Shown here: positions 19,653 through 29,640 of the stretch, piece after piece
Layout of the letters: each line of letters opens with the position of its first letter
How positions within the stretch are numbered: position 1 is the first letter of the stretch
Virus record (IMG/VR): IMGVR_UViG_3300023179_000029
Span: 63,399-127,398 of that record
Length of the DNA: 64,000 bases
Source: a virus
Strand: one strand, 5' to 3'
Notes under the pieces: model-generated
What the model saw: only the letters and a program-made list of their open reading frames with translations
The model's database searches: none
What the model was told of the DNA's origin: nothing
Program-made: the position numbers and the translations under genes

Positions 19653-21011
19653 TTAATAAATCAATATCCATGGAACGGGCATTGCGACATTTGTCGAATA
19701 GCTTCCGATAGTATATTTGTTAATTGTTGCCGCAGCACTTGTTGCCAATGTCACACCGGTTGAAGATGACAGCGTTTGACTTGTAGTAGTTGCTGAATTA
19801 TAAGTAAACGTGATGTTATTAGCTGCTGGGATGCCGGTTGAAGAAATATAATAAGTTGTGCCATTTGTCAATCCAGTTGTGTTACTAAGGGTGATATTTG
19901 TAGAGCCAAGAGTGGAACTTACGTTTAAACCGGTAACTACGGCGTACCCGTTATTATATCGTGCGAACACGGGCGCTAATACATTAAGGCCAAGAGTGTT
20001 AGCAAAATAAGTGGGTACAGTAAAACCTTTAATAGTTGGAGCAGATGAATAAGTCAATCCCCATCCAAGCCAATAATATGTTCCGGTAGTAAGTGAGACT
20101 GAGGCAGGAAATGCTCCAGACGTAATAGACGTTGTACTAATTGATGTTATATCAGATGTTTGCGCGACAAGGGTTCCCGGCTGACCGCTGTTATCCGTCC
20201 AAATACTTAATCTAGAACTAGTTACTGTGCCCGCAGCCGTACCAGCAATCATCGCGCCAGTGGCATTTGCAAATGCAGCATTAGTGCATAAAACTTTTAC
20301 AAAATAAGTATCACCGCTTGCTAATGGAGATATTGATCCATTAGCAGTCATACGGTCCATAGTTTCCATTCTAGCCGCAGTTTTTGTAACTTGAGCATTA
20401 AATGGAAGAGAGTAGGCATCAACAATTTTATTAGAAGAACTTATCGGATATGCGGAACCATAAAGAGATGTTGACGCGCTAATAAGTTTGTCTGACGAAA
20501 TGGCGGTTGCGCTAGTAGTATTTGAATCAATATAATTTTTAGTTGCTGCGTCTTGAGCGGCAGTTGGATCTGTAACTGATACTATTTTATTATTAGCAGT
20601 AATTGTAGAGCCGGAGTTAACGGTAAGATTTGATACAGTTGTAGTACCGGTTAATGTTGGAGACGCTAAAGTTTTATTTGTTAAAGTTTGAATGTCAGTT
20701 AAAGTCGTTGCCACACTTGTATCAATAGCAACAGTAACTCCGGTGGTACCTCCATTGAACGTAAAATTGCTGATGCCCGAACCGTTGGTTAAGGAATAGG
20801 TAGTAGTTCCGCCACCCGAACCACTTGACGCAGCAGTAACAATTCCTTTATTATTAACTGTAATACTTGCGTTAGTATAAGAACCAGAAGGATTTGGACT
20901 GAGTGTTTTTAATTTTGTTGTTTGATCAATGGCCGCACTAGTAGCAATGTCTGCGTCTACTATAGTACCATCAACAATGTCTGTAGAAGTTGTATTAGGA
21001 TTATAAGTCAT
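19653..21011 (-). CDS. Tail fibre-like protein
   Basis: Thr/Ser-rich; GSYTNASITVNNKG, QTLTNKTL, DPTAAQDAATKNY fibre motifs. Confidence 0.75.
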   Translation of the reverse strand: MTYNPNTTSTDIVDGTIVDADIATSAAIDQTTKLKTLSPNPSGSYTNASITVNNKGIVTAASSGSGGGTTTYSLTNGSGISNFTFNGGTTGVTVAIDTSVATTLTDIQTLTNKTLASPTLTGTTTVSNLTVNSGSTITANNKIVSVTDPTAAQDAATKNYIDSNTTSATAISSDKLISASTSLYGSAYPISSSNKIVDAYSLPFNAQVTKTAARMETMDRMTANGSISPLASGDTYFVKVLCTNAAFANATGAMIAGTAAGTVTSSRLSIWTDNSGQPGTLVAQTSDITSISTTSITSGAFPASVSLTTGTYYWLGWGLTYSSAPTIKGFTVPTYFANTLGLNVLAPVFARYNNGYAVVTGLNVSSTLGSTNITLSNTTGLTNGTTYYISSTGIPAANNITFTYNSATTTSQTLSSSTGVTLATSAAATINKYTIGSYSTNVAMPVPWILIY

Positions 21012-21421
21012 TAGATAATTATCCAGTTTGATCCGTTTGATTGAACAGTTATTGATTGATATTGTTTAGAAATAGAATAAGTGGTCGCGTTATCAATATA
21101 TTGCTGAGATGGAGACGTTGCCGCTACAACTGTTATTGTACCGGCGCCACTATTTTTAATATTATACACCCTGCCTGTTACTCCCACAGCCGTCGGCAAA
21201 GTAACAGCAAATGTATTAGCCGTGCAATCAACCGTATGATCGGTTCCATCAAGAGTCCTTGCTGAAGTAATAGCTCGATACGGTTTATTAATTGCCCCGC
21301 CAAAAGAAATGTAACCGGCGTTTCCGGGAAGTAGTTGGATGGTAGTAACAAGAGAGGTACCTGAATCGCCAATGATAATATCAGCTGGTCCTCCTACGGA
21401 GGGCAAATAAGCCCTCATCAT
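21011..21421 (-). CDS. Tail fibre-associated protein
   Basis: VTLPTAVGVTGRVYNIKN...QSNGSNW motif. Confidence 0.65.
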   Translation of the reverse strand: MMRAYLPSVGGPADIIIGDSGTSLVTTIQLLPGNAGYISFGGAINKPYRAITSARTLDGTDHTVDCTANTFAVTLPTAVGVTGRVYNIKNSGAGTITVVAATSPSQQYIDNATTYSISKQYQSITVQSNGSNWIII

Positions 21422-24195
21422 ATAACGTTGAGTGGATCCGTTACTAATTGAATAGAGGAAGTTTTGGGATAGGCACTTGTATCCGTGGTCGGATCTAAAA
21501 CAATTGCTTGTCCAGTTCTTCCTCCATCCGGGCTTGATGTAGCGGCTGAAAATCTTGCTCCCCCGGCAATATACCCGGCATTATTGATACTTAAAGGCGT
21601 GTAAACAATCGAATACGAAGAATTAGAGAATGTTGCAGAGGTATTAATGGTTATACTTGTTGCAGATGTCCAAGCCGTAATAGTATAAGTATTTGCGCCA
21701 ACAGTTAAAGTGCCACCAACCATTGCTGTTGTAAATGTTGTGCCCGATCCTGTAACTGTTGTAGTTCCAGATGCGGACACATTGCCAGTATTATAAATAA
21801 TCTGCCATTCTTGAAGATTCGCAGTTTGAGAAGCCGCTGCTTTAACAATAACTCCCTTATGAGCGGCGCTTTGAATAACTATGCCCATCCCGTTTGTATC
21901 ATAATTTGGTTTTAGATAAGTAAGTCCGCTCGTTGTTGAAGCGAATGAGTTTGAGGTTCTTATTGCTCCAGTGGCATTAATGTCAGCCAATACGCCTCCG
22001 TTGGAATCTTGCCACTCTTGAAGACTCACGCTTTGACCATAAGCCCCTCTAGCGGTAATCGGAACGCTAGTTGTAAGCGTTGTTTCAAAATAAGCGCGAC
22101 CTGATACTCCACTAATGCTAGAAGTATTTACTTGAATACCTCCGGAGCTATTTATGTAAGACGTAGCGGTACCAGAACTATTTTGCCACTCCTGAAGATT
22201 CGCAGTTTGTCCAGAAGCCCCTCTAGCGGTAATCGGAACAGCGGCGGCGCTACTAGTAATAAATAATCCTCGACCATTTGCATTACTAATAATGGTTCCG
22301 GAACCAAAAGCAAGAGTTCCACTGCTACTAAAATATGAAAGGGTTCCGCTAGCTGCATCTTGAAATTCTAATAAGTTTGCAGTTTGTCCAGAAGAAGCTT
22401 TAACAACAATACCCTTAACATCAGTAGCCGGGGAAATAGTTTGAGGACCAGTAGTAAAAGTATTGGCAGCATTAATTTGCGCGGCATTGGTAATACGAGA
22501 ATCATTACCCGCTGCGATAGTTCCGGCTGTTGTTCCAACATTAATTGACGCCGTTGTAACATTAGTAACGCGACCGTAACTGTCACTTGCAATCGATTGA
22601 ACAAATGAAGTTCCGGCAGATCCCGTTGGCGTGGTTTTAGTAACGGTGGCAAGGTCAATGTTGTCAGCATTAACCACAATATTGCCTGAATTGGCAGTAT
22701 TAACATCGATTGTATTACCGGTTTTTGTAAGGCCAAGACCGGCAACAAGAGTAGAGGTACCGGTAAATTGGGTAAATATGATGTCGTCACCACCGGCAGT
22801 ATTAACTTTAATAATGAGGCTTTTATCAGGATTTGAACCTACGCCAGTTTGAATAAAACCTTGATTACCATTCACAGTTGTTGATGGATTAGATGTAATA
22901 AATACTGCATCTCCGGCCTTAACTTGTCCGGCAACACTGTTATCTGTGTCCGTGGCGCGAATCAACTTCCATAAAGATGAACCTGATCCAGCAGAAGATA
23001 CGGTATAGATACCATTTTGTTTTTTTGCGTTTTCCTGATCTTTAACAAGAACTCTTTGCCCAACTGTCCAAGTTGTATTGCTATCAATTGACAAAGTTCC
23101 ATTAGTTGTTGCCTGAAGATAAGCGCCAACCCCTAGGCCGTTAGATGCATCTGCGGTACCATCGGTGTAAACAGGCGAGTTTGGAAGTACCGTAGTAGTA
23201 GCATAATCACAAGCATCATGCCAATTCATTCCGGCAGAAATAGAATCGGCATAAGACTTAGTTACCACATCAGCAGCATCAGTAGGCGTTCCGCTAATAG
23301 TGATTTGATTTGCTGCAATCCTGCCACTTGAATCGCGGGCTACAATTGTGTTTGCCGTATTTGCAGAAGTTGCGGTAGTGGCAGAATTAGAAACTTTGCC
23401 AGATGTAGAAATTGTGTTTAATTTAGAATCAGGAATCGACCCTGCTAAAGTTGGGTTAGGGTAAGTTCCTGAAAGGTCTCCGCCCGCTGACCCTGTAGGA
23501 GTTCTAGAATTGGAGAGACGGGAATCGGTTGTAATAACGGCGGTACCAGTAATTTTAGAAGGAGATAATCCCGCACTTGTAATTGAAGCGTCTACAACCG
23601 ATCCTGCTGTTGGAGTACGAGTATCGCTCAATCTTGAATCAGTTGTGATAACAGCAGTGCCGGTTACTTGTGATGGACCAATAGAAATTAATGATTGATT
23701 AATACCAATATTTGCGCTTGTAGAAGTACCGGTATTGGTGATTGGAGAAGTAACTGAAACGACTCCGGATGGACCCGGAGATCCGGTTTCACCAGTGTCA
23801 CCACGGGGAATTGTAAGGTTAAGAGTTTGATTAGGAGCAGTTCCTGTAATAGATGCCGATGCCGAAGTGCCCGCCGTAACAGTTCCAATAGTTAAAGTAT
23901 TAGCGGGTCCTGTCGCACCAGCAACTCCTGCCGCCCCAGCATCGCCCTTACTAGCTAATAAATTCCAATTGTCTGTATCAAGATTTGGATATGTAGATGT
24001 ATTTACACCAGTCGTATTAACATAAGAGCTACCATTGTAAAACACAACATCGTAAATTCTGTAAGTAGTTGGATCAGCAGACCAAGCGCCCTTCCAAATA
24101 AAAGTTTGCAATTCAACATAAGTCAAATTAGGATCTTGAGCCAGTGTAAGGTTGACTGGAATAATTGGACTTTCAAGTTTAATATTGTTCGACAT
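21418..24195 (-). CDS. Tail fibre protein with collagen-like and QTANLQEWQ repeats
   Basis: GxY triplets, GGDLSGTYPNP, RVLVKDQ..QNGIY, four QTANL.EWQ-type repeats. Confidence 0.8.
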   Translation of the reverse strand: MSNNIKLESPIIPVNLTLAQDPNLTYVELQTFIWKGAWSADPTTYRIYDVVFYNGSSYVNTTGVNTSTYPNLDTDNWNLLASKGDAGAAGVAGATGPANTLTIGTVTAGTSASASITGTAPNQTLNLTIPRGDTGETGSPGPSGVVSVTSPITNTGTSTSANIGINQSLISIGPSQVTGTAVITTDSRLSDTRTPTAGSVVDASITSAGLSPSKITGTAVITTDSRLSNSRTPTGSAGGDLSGTYPNPTLAGSIPDSKLNTISTSGKVSNSATTATSANTANTIVARDSSGRIAANQITISGTPTDAADVVTKSYADSISAGMNWHDACDYATTTVLPNSPVYTDGTADASNGLGVGAYLQATTNGTLSIDSNTTWTVGQRVLVKDQENAKKQNGIYTVSSAGSGSSLWKLIRATDTDNSVAGQVKAGDAVFITSNPSTTVNGNQGFIQTGVGSNPDKSLIIKVNTAGGDDIIFTQFTGTSTLVAGLGLTKTGNTIDVNTANSGNIVVNADNIDLATVTKTTPTGSAGTSFVQSIASDSYGRVTNVTTASINVGTTAGTIAAGNDSRITNAAQINAANTFTTGPQTISPATDVKGIVVKASSGQTANLLEFQDAASGTLSYFSSSGTLAFGSGTIISNANGRGLFITSSAAAVPITARGASGQTANLQEWQNSSGTATSYINSSGGIQVNTSSISGVSGRAYFETTLTTSVPITARGAYGQSVSLQEWQDSNGGVLADINATGAIRTSNSFASTTSGLTYLKPNYDTNGMGIVIQSAAHKGVIVKAAASQTANLQEWQIIYNTGNVSASGTTTVTGSGTTFTTAMVGGTLTVGANTYTITAWTSATSITINTSATFSNSSYSIVYTPLSINNAGYIAGGARFSAATSSPDGGRTGQAIVLDPTTDTSAYPKTSSIQLVTDPLNVI

Positions 24196-24212
24196 CGTAT
24201 ATTAAATGTTGG

Positions 24213-27200
24213 CTAACCCATAGAAACAATCGGGTTACCTTTTCGAGCTAAAGTTTCTTTCATTTTAACTTCTAAATACACTGTATTAATATTAAAATTA
24301 GACACATTAAAAGTTGTATAAGATTTAGTATGGGTTGTTTGACTAGACGAATTTATCGGTTTATTGATGATAATAAACATGCTATCCAAAGTGTCTTGAT
24401 AAAATTGCCCAGTATTCTGTTGTCCTAATCCATTATCAGCTTGCACCCATCCATTTGTATTATTTTTAAACGAAATTTTAGCATTGGGTTCAGCAGTAGC
24501 AAAAATATCTGTATACAAATTCATTGTTCCAAGAGTGGCATCAACGGCATCAATATTGCCATCGGTAAACTGATCTGCATAGACGGCCGCAATTGATATG
24601 TATTTAGTTGAAGGGCGCGTATAAGTACTTGGAGTGGTATTAATTGCACTAACTCTTAAGTTTGATGGATCAAAATATGAATTGTTTGAAATTTGCTCCC
24701 CGGTGTTTACGTCTTTCCAAATACCGGTCGCACTATCTTTATAAAGAGAAATTTTAATCCAAACAAAATCAGTTGGGTTCGTGTCACAAGTTCCTATTAA
24801 TTGCCAATATGAATTTGTATCATATGGATAAGTTGTATTAATACTGTAATAATTATTGTTTTGTAAACTTCTATATACTCTGTATATGCCATCATCTTGT
24901 TTGTAAGAAATTAAATCGCCAAGTGAGTAAGTAATTCGTGGATAGTCTGGGCCGGGAGGATTAGTGGCCCCAGTTTTAAGACCCTGCCTACCAGCAGAAT
25001 CAGTTCCAAGAATATCTGGATTAAACCAATTGCCTTTATAGTTAATTGTTTTATAATTGGAAGACCTTGTAGAATCATAAAGTTTAATGGTGGCTGTTAA
25101 AGGCGCATTAGTTGCATTAATGTAAGCGCCGGTGTGAATATTAGATGCGGGTTTCCAAACAGTGGTTCCATCCTTGGTCATCGTCAATGTATTGTTAGAT
25201 TTACTTAAAACATAAACCCCCCGGTCGATCACTCCGGAATCGTCGGCCAAAAATGCTCCGACTCCAAAGTTGGCAATTGTTGAACTATTTGCAAAAGTTA
25301 AAACGCCACTAGTAGTAAGGGTAGCGGCCGAGGTTTGTTGGCGGGTCGCCTTATCAGAATACCCAGTAAATAAGCAAACCCATACATCGATTTGATAAAC
25401 ACTTTTACCACTTGGAAGTGATGAAGGAGTTGATAACGTCCAATCCATAAATTCAGTAGAAGAATTCGATACAGAGTTTCTAACTATGGTCGTTGCGAGA
25501 GGTGTAATGCCTCTGACTGTAGCTCCGGCGTTATGAGTTGTTGGAATAGTATTACTATAACCTCGTCCAGTTGATGGAACAGTTAAAACATTGCCAGATT
25601 TTGTGTATTTAATATATTCTTCATCAATAAGTACAACCCCAGATGCGGCGAACGCGCTTGCGCTTGCTACGGTAAACGAAATCGACCCTGCTGTGCTAGT
25701 AATTGCCGTTGACAAGGTTGTGGTTCCCGTGCCATTAACGGCGGCGACAAAATCAGATCCCGATGGATATATCGACCATCTAGTACCGCTTTGAGTGGCA
25801 ACCGAAGGCCTTTGATTTCTAAACACCATGGCATTGGTGTTATGATTAAAATTTGCAACCGGTTTAATATAAAGAATGTCTTGATTACTACTTTTGTAAA
25901 AACTATTAAAGTACATTGCAAGAGCGCCATCTGAATCAATTGAATTAAGGTATATAGTAGAATTTTGAGGAAGGGCGGATCCACTTTTTGTTAATTGGGT
26001 TTGAGCAGTATAAGATCCATCAATTGTGATGGTTGGTTCGTTAGTAGGAGACAATGAATCAGATTTTAAGAAACTAAATCCAGAAGAACCTTCAATGTCC
26101 CCTTCGGGAATCATGTACCTATTACCAATAATTTCCGGTTTATTTACATTTTGATCCGAAAAATTAGAAGGGCCATCATACGCTGAATGAATTGTAGAAC
26201 TTTCAGGGTTATCAATTGGGGCATCATTTATAAATGGGTTTAACGAATCATAAATATACTGACTTTTATAAATATCACTAGTCCATGGATACCAACGAGA
26301 AGACCCTAAATAAGTAAATTTATAATAACCTTGATAGCTATTTAAACCGCCAGCAAGATATCTTTTGCTGTTTAAAATATAATTAGTTGTTTGACGAACC
26401 GTAGTATTAAGTGGGAATGCGCCTTCTTCTAATATTGTCGGTTTATTATAATCTTTAAATATCGATAAATTAACTGCCAAATCAGTTGGAGCTTTGTATG
26501 AAATTGGATATTGATGAGGTGAAAAAATATTGACTAAATCATTAATATTAGCCGGGCCAAAACCGTTTGTAAATTCACTAGATTTGCCATAAAAACTTGT
26601 GCTTGGAATGGTGATTGGTGTATACTGGTCTCCTCCAGTATTACGAATTGCATCTTTCATTTTTATAATCCAATTGCGAACAACAGTTTTACTATTGACA
26701 CCTCTGGGCATAAGTGACAAATAAGGAATATAATGCCTATCTGAATTAAAAAAGGACTGTCCAACCCATTGAGTATCATTAGTAATAGTGCAGGATTCAG
26801 GCAATGAAGAAGACACTACGCCATTAGAATTTGACAATGTGACGGTATAAAGACCATTTGAATCAACAATTGTGTCGCCAGTAGTAAATGATATTCTGCC
26901 ATCTTTCGGAATTGTTTCACCATAAATGCGATAAGTCGTATTTGGCTTCAATTGTTGGCGCGAATAGGTCGCATTTTCAATTGATGGGGTGCTAGATGGC
27001 ACAGGTCCAATAACGGTAAAAATATTTGGAGAGAGAACGGTTTTAACGGTATAACTTCCATTGACGTTTGATGGTGTCGCCCCAGAAATTGTAACCTTAT
27101 CGCCAATTTTTAAATAATGCGGACTACCCGTGGTATATGTATATGTGTATATTGATCCTGACGACGATACCGTGACGCCATAATCCGGCAATAGTGCATC

Positions 27201-29636
27201 GTTTTTAATAATTTTTTTATAAGTATTTAATATTTTTGTATGACCAGATGCATTCAAATTATTATTTGAATCATAATCAGAAGCTAAAATTAAATTTGTT
27301 TCTTTTGATGAATTTACATCTATGAAATAAATATTTCTATCGAAGAATTCGGCTTGTATTAATTTAGTAATCTTTTGATTCCATTTTATCATTGGTTTCA
27401 AACCGTCTTGTGCTAATGGCACGATTGAAGTTGGAATATTATTATCAATAGAGTTTAGGAATATGGGGCGCGGATCGGACGATTCGATTTGCCAGTAATC
27501 TAAACAGGCCGTCCCGTTTGTTACATTTAAAGTGATTGTAATGGTATTTTCACCCGCAGGTAATGCGTTCAATCTTTTGACCACTGGTAATGCAAAATAG
27601 TTTGAGTCGTTTGTGCTTGGTTTATAAACATCCGTTCCAGATGTTAGACCTTGTGTATAAGTATTGCCATTAACTGAGATTGTAGCGCTAGCAGTAGATC
27701 CATATTCCACCATGAATCCAATAGCCAGTGTTTCACCAGCAATAAAATTTAATGGTGTAGTAATTGTTACCGTAGTACTTCCGGATCCGCCAACCGGTTG
27801 ATATCGCTGATAACTTCCTCCAGATGCGCTGTATGCGGCAGTGTTAACCGTTGAATCAACTGTTGTAAATCCACTCAAATTTGAAAATTCTGTAACATAA
27901 CCGAATTTAGTAGACAATCTACTTAAAATAACTTTTAAAGATTGCGTAAAAAATCCGTCATTGTAACCTTGGCTTATTCCATATAATTTAAAGTCTTCTT
28001 TGCCAAAATTAATAGAATTAAATTTGAAATCGTTTCCATTAGGATAATTTTTTAATACCTGCCCATAACCAGTGGGAACGCCGCTGCTATGATTGTTGGA
28101 AGACAATATTGCGTTAGACGCTCCAAAATTTTGCTCAGTTAGCAAAGGACTTAAACTACTCGCAAGTTGGCTAGAATACCTTTGAGAAATCGGCGTAGTC
28201 AATCCTGTACCGACGATTACAGAATCTCCTACAAAACCAAAGGTGTCGATATCAGAACTGGATTGAGGTTTAAATGCCGTAGCATTAGATAAAAGGTCAA
28301 TAATCGCGGTTGTACTACCTTCTGTTGTTTGAACCAGTTTTAAATCATCAATATCTTTTTCTTTATAAATTAAAGATACATACGAACCAACGATTTCTTC
28401 TTCTGACAATTGCGGATATGAACCGTAAGCTAGGCGCTCAAATCCATTGATATTAATTGTATTACCAGAAAACGTTAAGCTTTGGTAATAAAGAAGTTCA
28501 ACTTTGTTTCCGGTCGTATCCGTCAACAGCGCAAACCCGGCGCCGTTTAATTTATCGGAAGGAAATCCGGTTCCTGACTGATTTGTTCCATAGGCATTAT
28601 ATGTTCCATCGTCATTTTGTACATAATATGTGATAACAGCGTCATCAAATTGTTCAACTGGTTCGTTAATTAAACTATACCAAGCAACTGCCGGGTGAGT
28701 TTTCACAGCGTTGGCAACACTGGCCCAGAAACTAGCTTGTGCGGTCCATCTGTCGGCATCATTGGCCCAAGATAACCAATCAGGTTGGTTTCCTGCAATC
28801 CACGAATTTACGCCGTTAATAATGACGTAAAGATCATATTTTGCAGCTAAATCACAAAAAGCATATAGGGCGTCAAGTTGACCTTGGTCAACGGCAAAAG
28901 GATTTGTATTTACAGTCGTTGATACAATATCTGTGCCCGTACCCGTTACGGCTACATCCTCTGTATCAGTGGGGTCTATTTGACCTCCATTGGATGCATC
29001 GATGGCTGATTGATAACCTTGGTCATCAAGCATAAATTGGTCCATTTGAAGACAAATGCGAATAATTCGTGATTTAGCAATATTTTTCATAATTGCTAAA
29101 TCAAGTTCTATCGAACCCAAGCCTACTAAACATATATTGGTAATTGAAATGCCAGAAGTATTATTATTAACAAAATTTGAAAATTGTTGTTGGAACGTAA
29201 TTGTATTATTAACTGTGTTAATATTAGAAATAGCTTGACGGTTATTGGCCGCATCTGTTGCAGCGCCTTCAATACTAAAAATAATTGACGCCCCATTGAT
29301 AGGGCTTGTACTAGTCAAAGATGGACTTCCAGCAATAGTAACCTTATCTGTCCCAACAGTAAAAGTATCCGAGGTAAGCGGTTCATTTAATGTCAAAGTG
29401 ACGTTGTAAGTAAAAGTTGGCCCATTTCCAGAAACATATGACCAAGCTATTTTATTAACAGTAAAAACGCCGCCTTTAGCATACAGATTATCGTTCCAAA
29501 CATTTTCTATGATTTCTCCATATGCGCCGATATCTAAAATATTTAAATTGTCATAATTATGTCCCCAAGCAGGAAACAAAGAACCGTCTTGCTTAACAAT
29601 ATTGGCTCCGTCTATTTTAAGCCTTTGCGTAATCAT
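24213..29636 (-). CDS. Large tail-associated protein with GH5-like glycoside hydrolase and inserted SGNH-like domain
   Basis: WYSLINEP (acid/base), SPHQYP and PTILEE (nucleophile), FVGDS (SGNH block I). Confidence 0.7.
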   Translation of the reverse strand: MITQRLKIDGANIVKQDGSLFPAWGHNYDNLNILDIGAYGEIIENVWNDNLYAKGGVFTVNKIAWSYVSGNGPTFTYNVTLTLNEPLTSDTFTVGTDKVTIAGSPSLTSTSPINGASIIFSIEGAATDAANNRQAISNINTVNNTITFQQQFSNFVNNNTSGISITNICLVGLGSIELDLAIMKNIAKSRIIRICLQMDQFMLDDQGYQSAIDASNGGQIDPTDTEDVAVTGTGTDIVSTTVNTNPFAVDQGQLDALYAFCDLAAKYDLYVIINGVNSWIAGNQPDWLSWANDADRWTAQASFWASVANAVKTHPAVAWYSLINEPVEQFDDAVITYYVQNDDGTYNAYGTNQSGTGFPSDKLNGAGFALLTDTTGNKVELLYYQSLTFSGNTININGFERLAYGSYPQLSEEEIVGSYVSLIYKEKDIDDLKLVQTTEGSTTAIIDLLSNATAFKPQSSSDIDTFGFVGDSVIVGTGLTTPISQRYSSQLASSLSPLLTEQNFGASNAILSSNNHSSGVPTGYGQVLKNYPNGNDFKFNSINFGKEDFKLYGISQGYNDGFFTQSLKVILSRLSTKFGYVTEFSNLSGFTTVDSTVNTAAYSASGGSYQRYQPVGGSGSTTVTITTPLNFIAGETLAIGFMVEYGSTASATISVNGNTYTQGLTSGTDVYKPSTNDSNYFALPVVKRLNALPAGENTITITLNVTNGTACLDYWQIESSDPRPIFLNSIDNNIPTSIVPLAQDGLKPMIKWNQKITKLIQAEFFDRNIYFIDVNSSKETNLILASDYDSNNNLNASGHTKILNTYKKIIKNDALLPDYGVTVSSSGSIYTYTYTTGSPHYLKIGDKVTISGATPSNVNGSYTVKTVLSPNIFTVIGPVPSSTPSIENATYSRQQLKPNTTYRIYGETIPKDGRISFTTGDTIVDSNGLYTVTLSNSNGVVSSSLPESCTITNDTQWVGQSFFNSDRHYIPYLSLMPRGVNSKTVVRNWIIKMKDAIRNTGGDQYTPITIPSTSFYGKSSEFTNGFGPANINDLVNIFSPHQYPISYKAPTDLAVNLSIFKDYNKPTILEEGAFPLNTTVRQTTNYILNSKRYLAGGLNSYQGYYKFTYLGSSRWYPWTSDIYKSQYIYDSLNPFINDAPIDNPESSTIHSAYDGPSNFSDQNVNKPEIIGNRYMIPEGDIEGSSGFSFLKSDSLSPTNEPTITIDGSYTAQTQLTKSGSALPQNSTIYLNSIDSDGALAMYFNSFYKSSNQDILYIKPVANFNHNTNAMVFRNQRPSVATQSGTRWSIYPSGSDFVAAVNGTGTTTLSTAITSTAGSISFTVASASAFAASGVVLIDEEYIKYTKSGNVLTVPSTGRGYSNTIPTTHNAGATVRGITPLATTIVRNSVSNSSTEFMDWTLSTPSSLPSGKSVYQIDVWVCLFTGYSDKATRQQTSAATLTTSGVLTFANSSTIANFGVGAFLADDSGVIDRGVYVLSKSNNTLTMTKDGTTVWKPASNIHTGAYINATNAPLTATIKLYDSTRSSNYKTINYKGNWFNPDILGTDSAGRQGLKTGATNPPGPDYPRITYSLGDLISYKQDDGIYRVYRSLQNNNYYSINTTYPYDTNSYWQLIGTCDTNPTDFVWIKISLYKDSATGIWKDVNTGEQISNNSYFDPSNLRVSAINTTPSTYTRPSTKYISIAAVYADQFTDGNIDAVDATLGTMNLYTDIFATAEPNAKISFKNNTNGWVQADNGLGQQNTGQFYQDTLDSMFIIINKPINSSSQTTHTKSYTTFNVSNFNINTVYLEVKMKETLARKGNPIVSMG

Positions 29637-29640
29637 TTAA

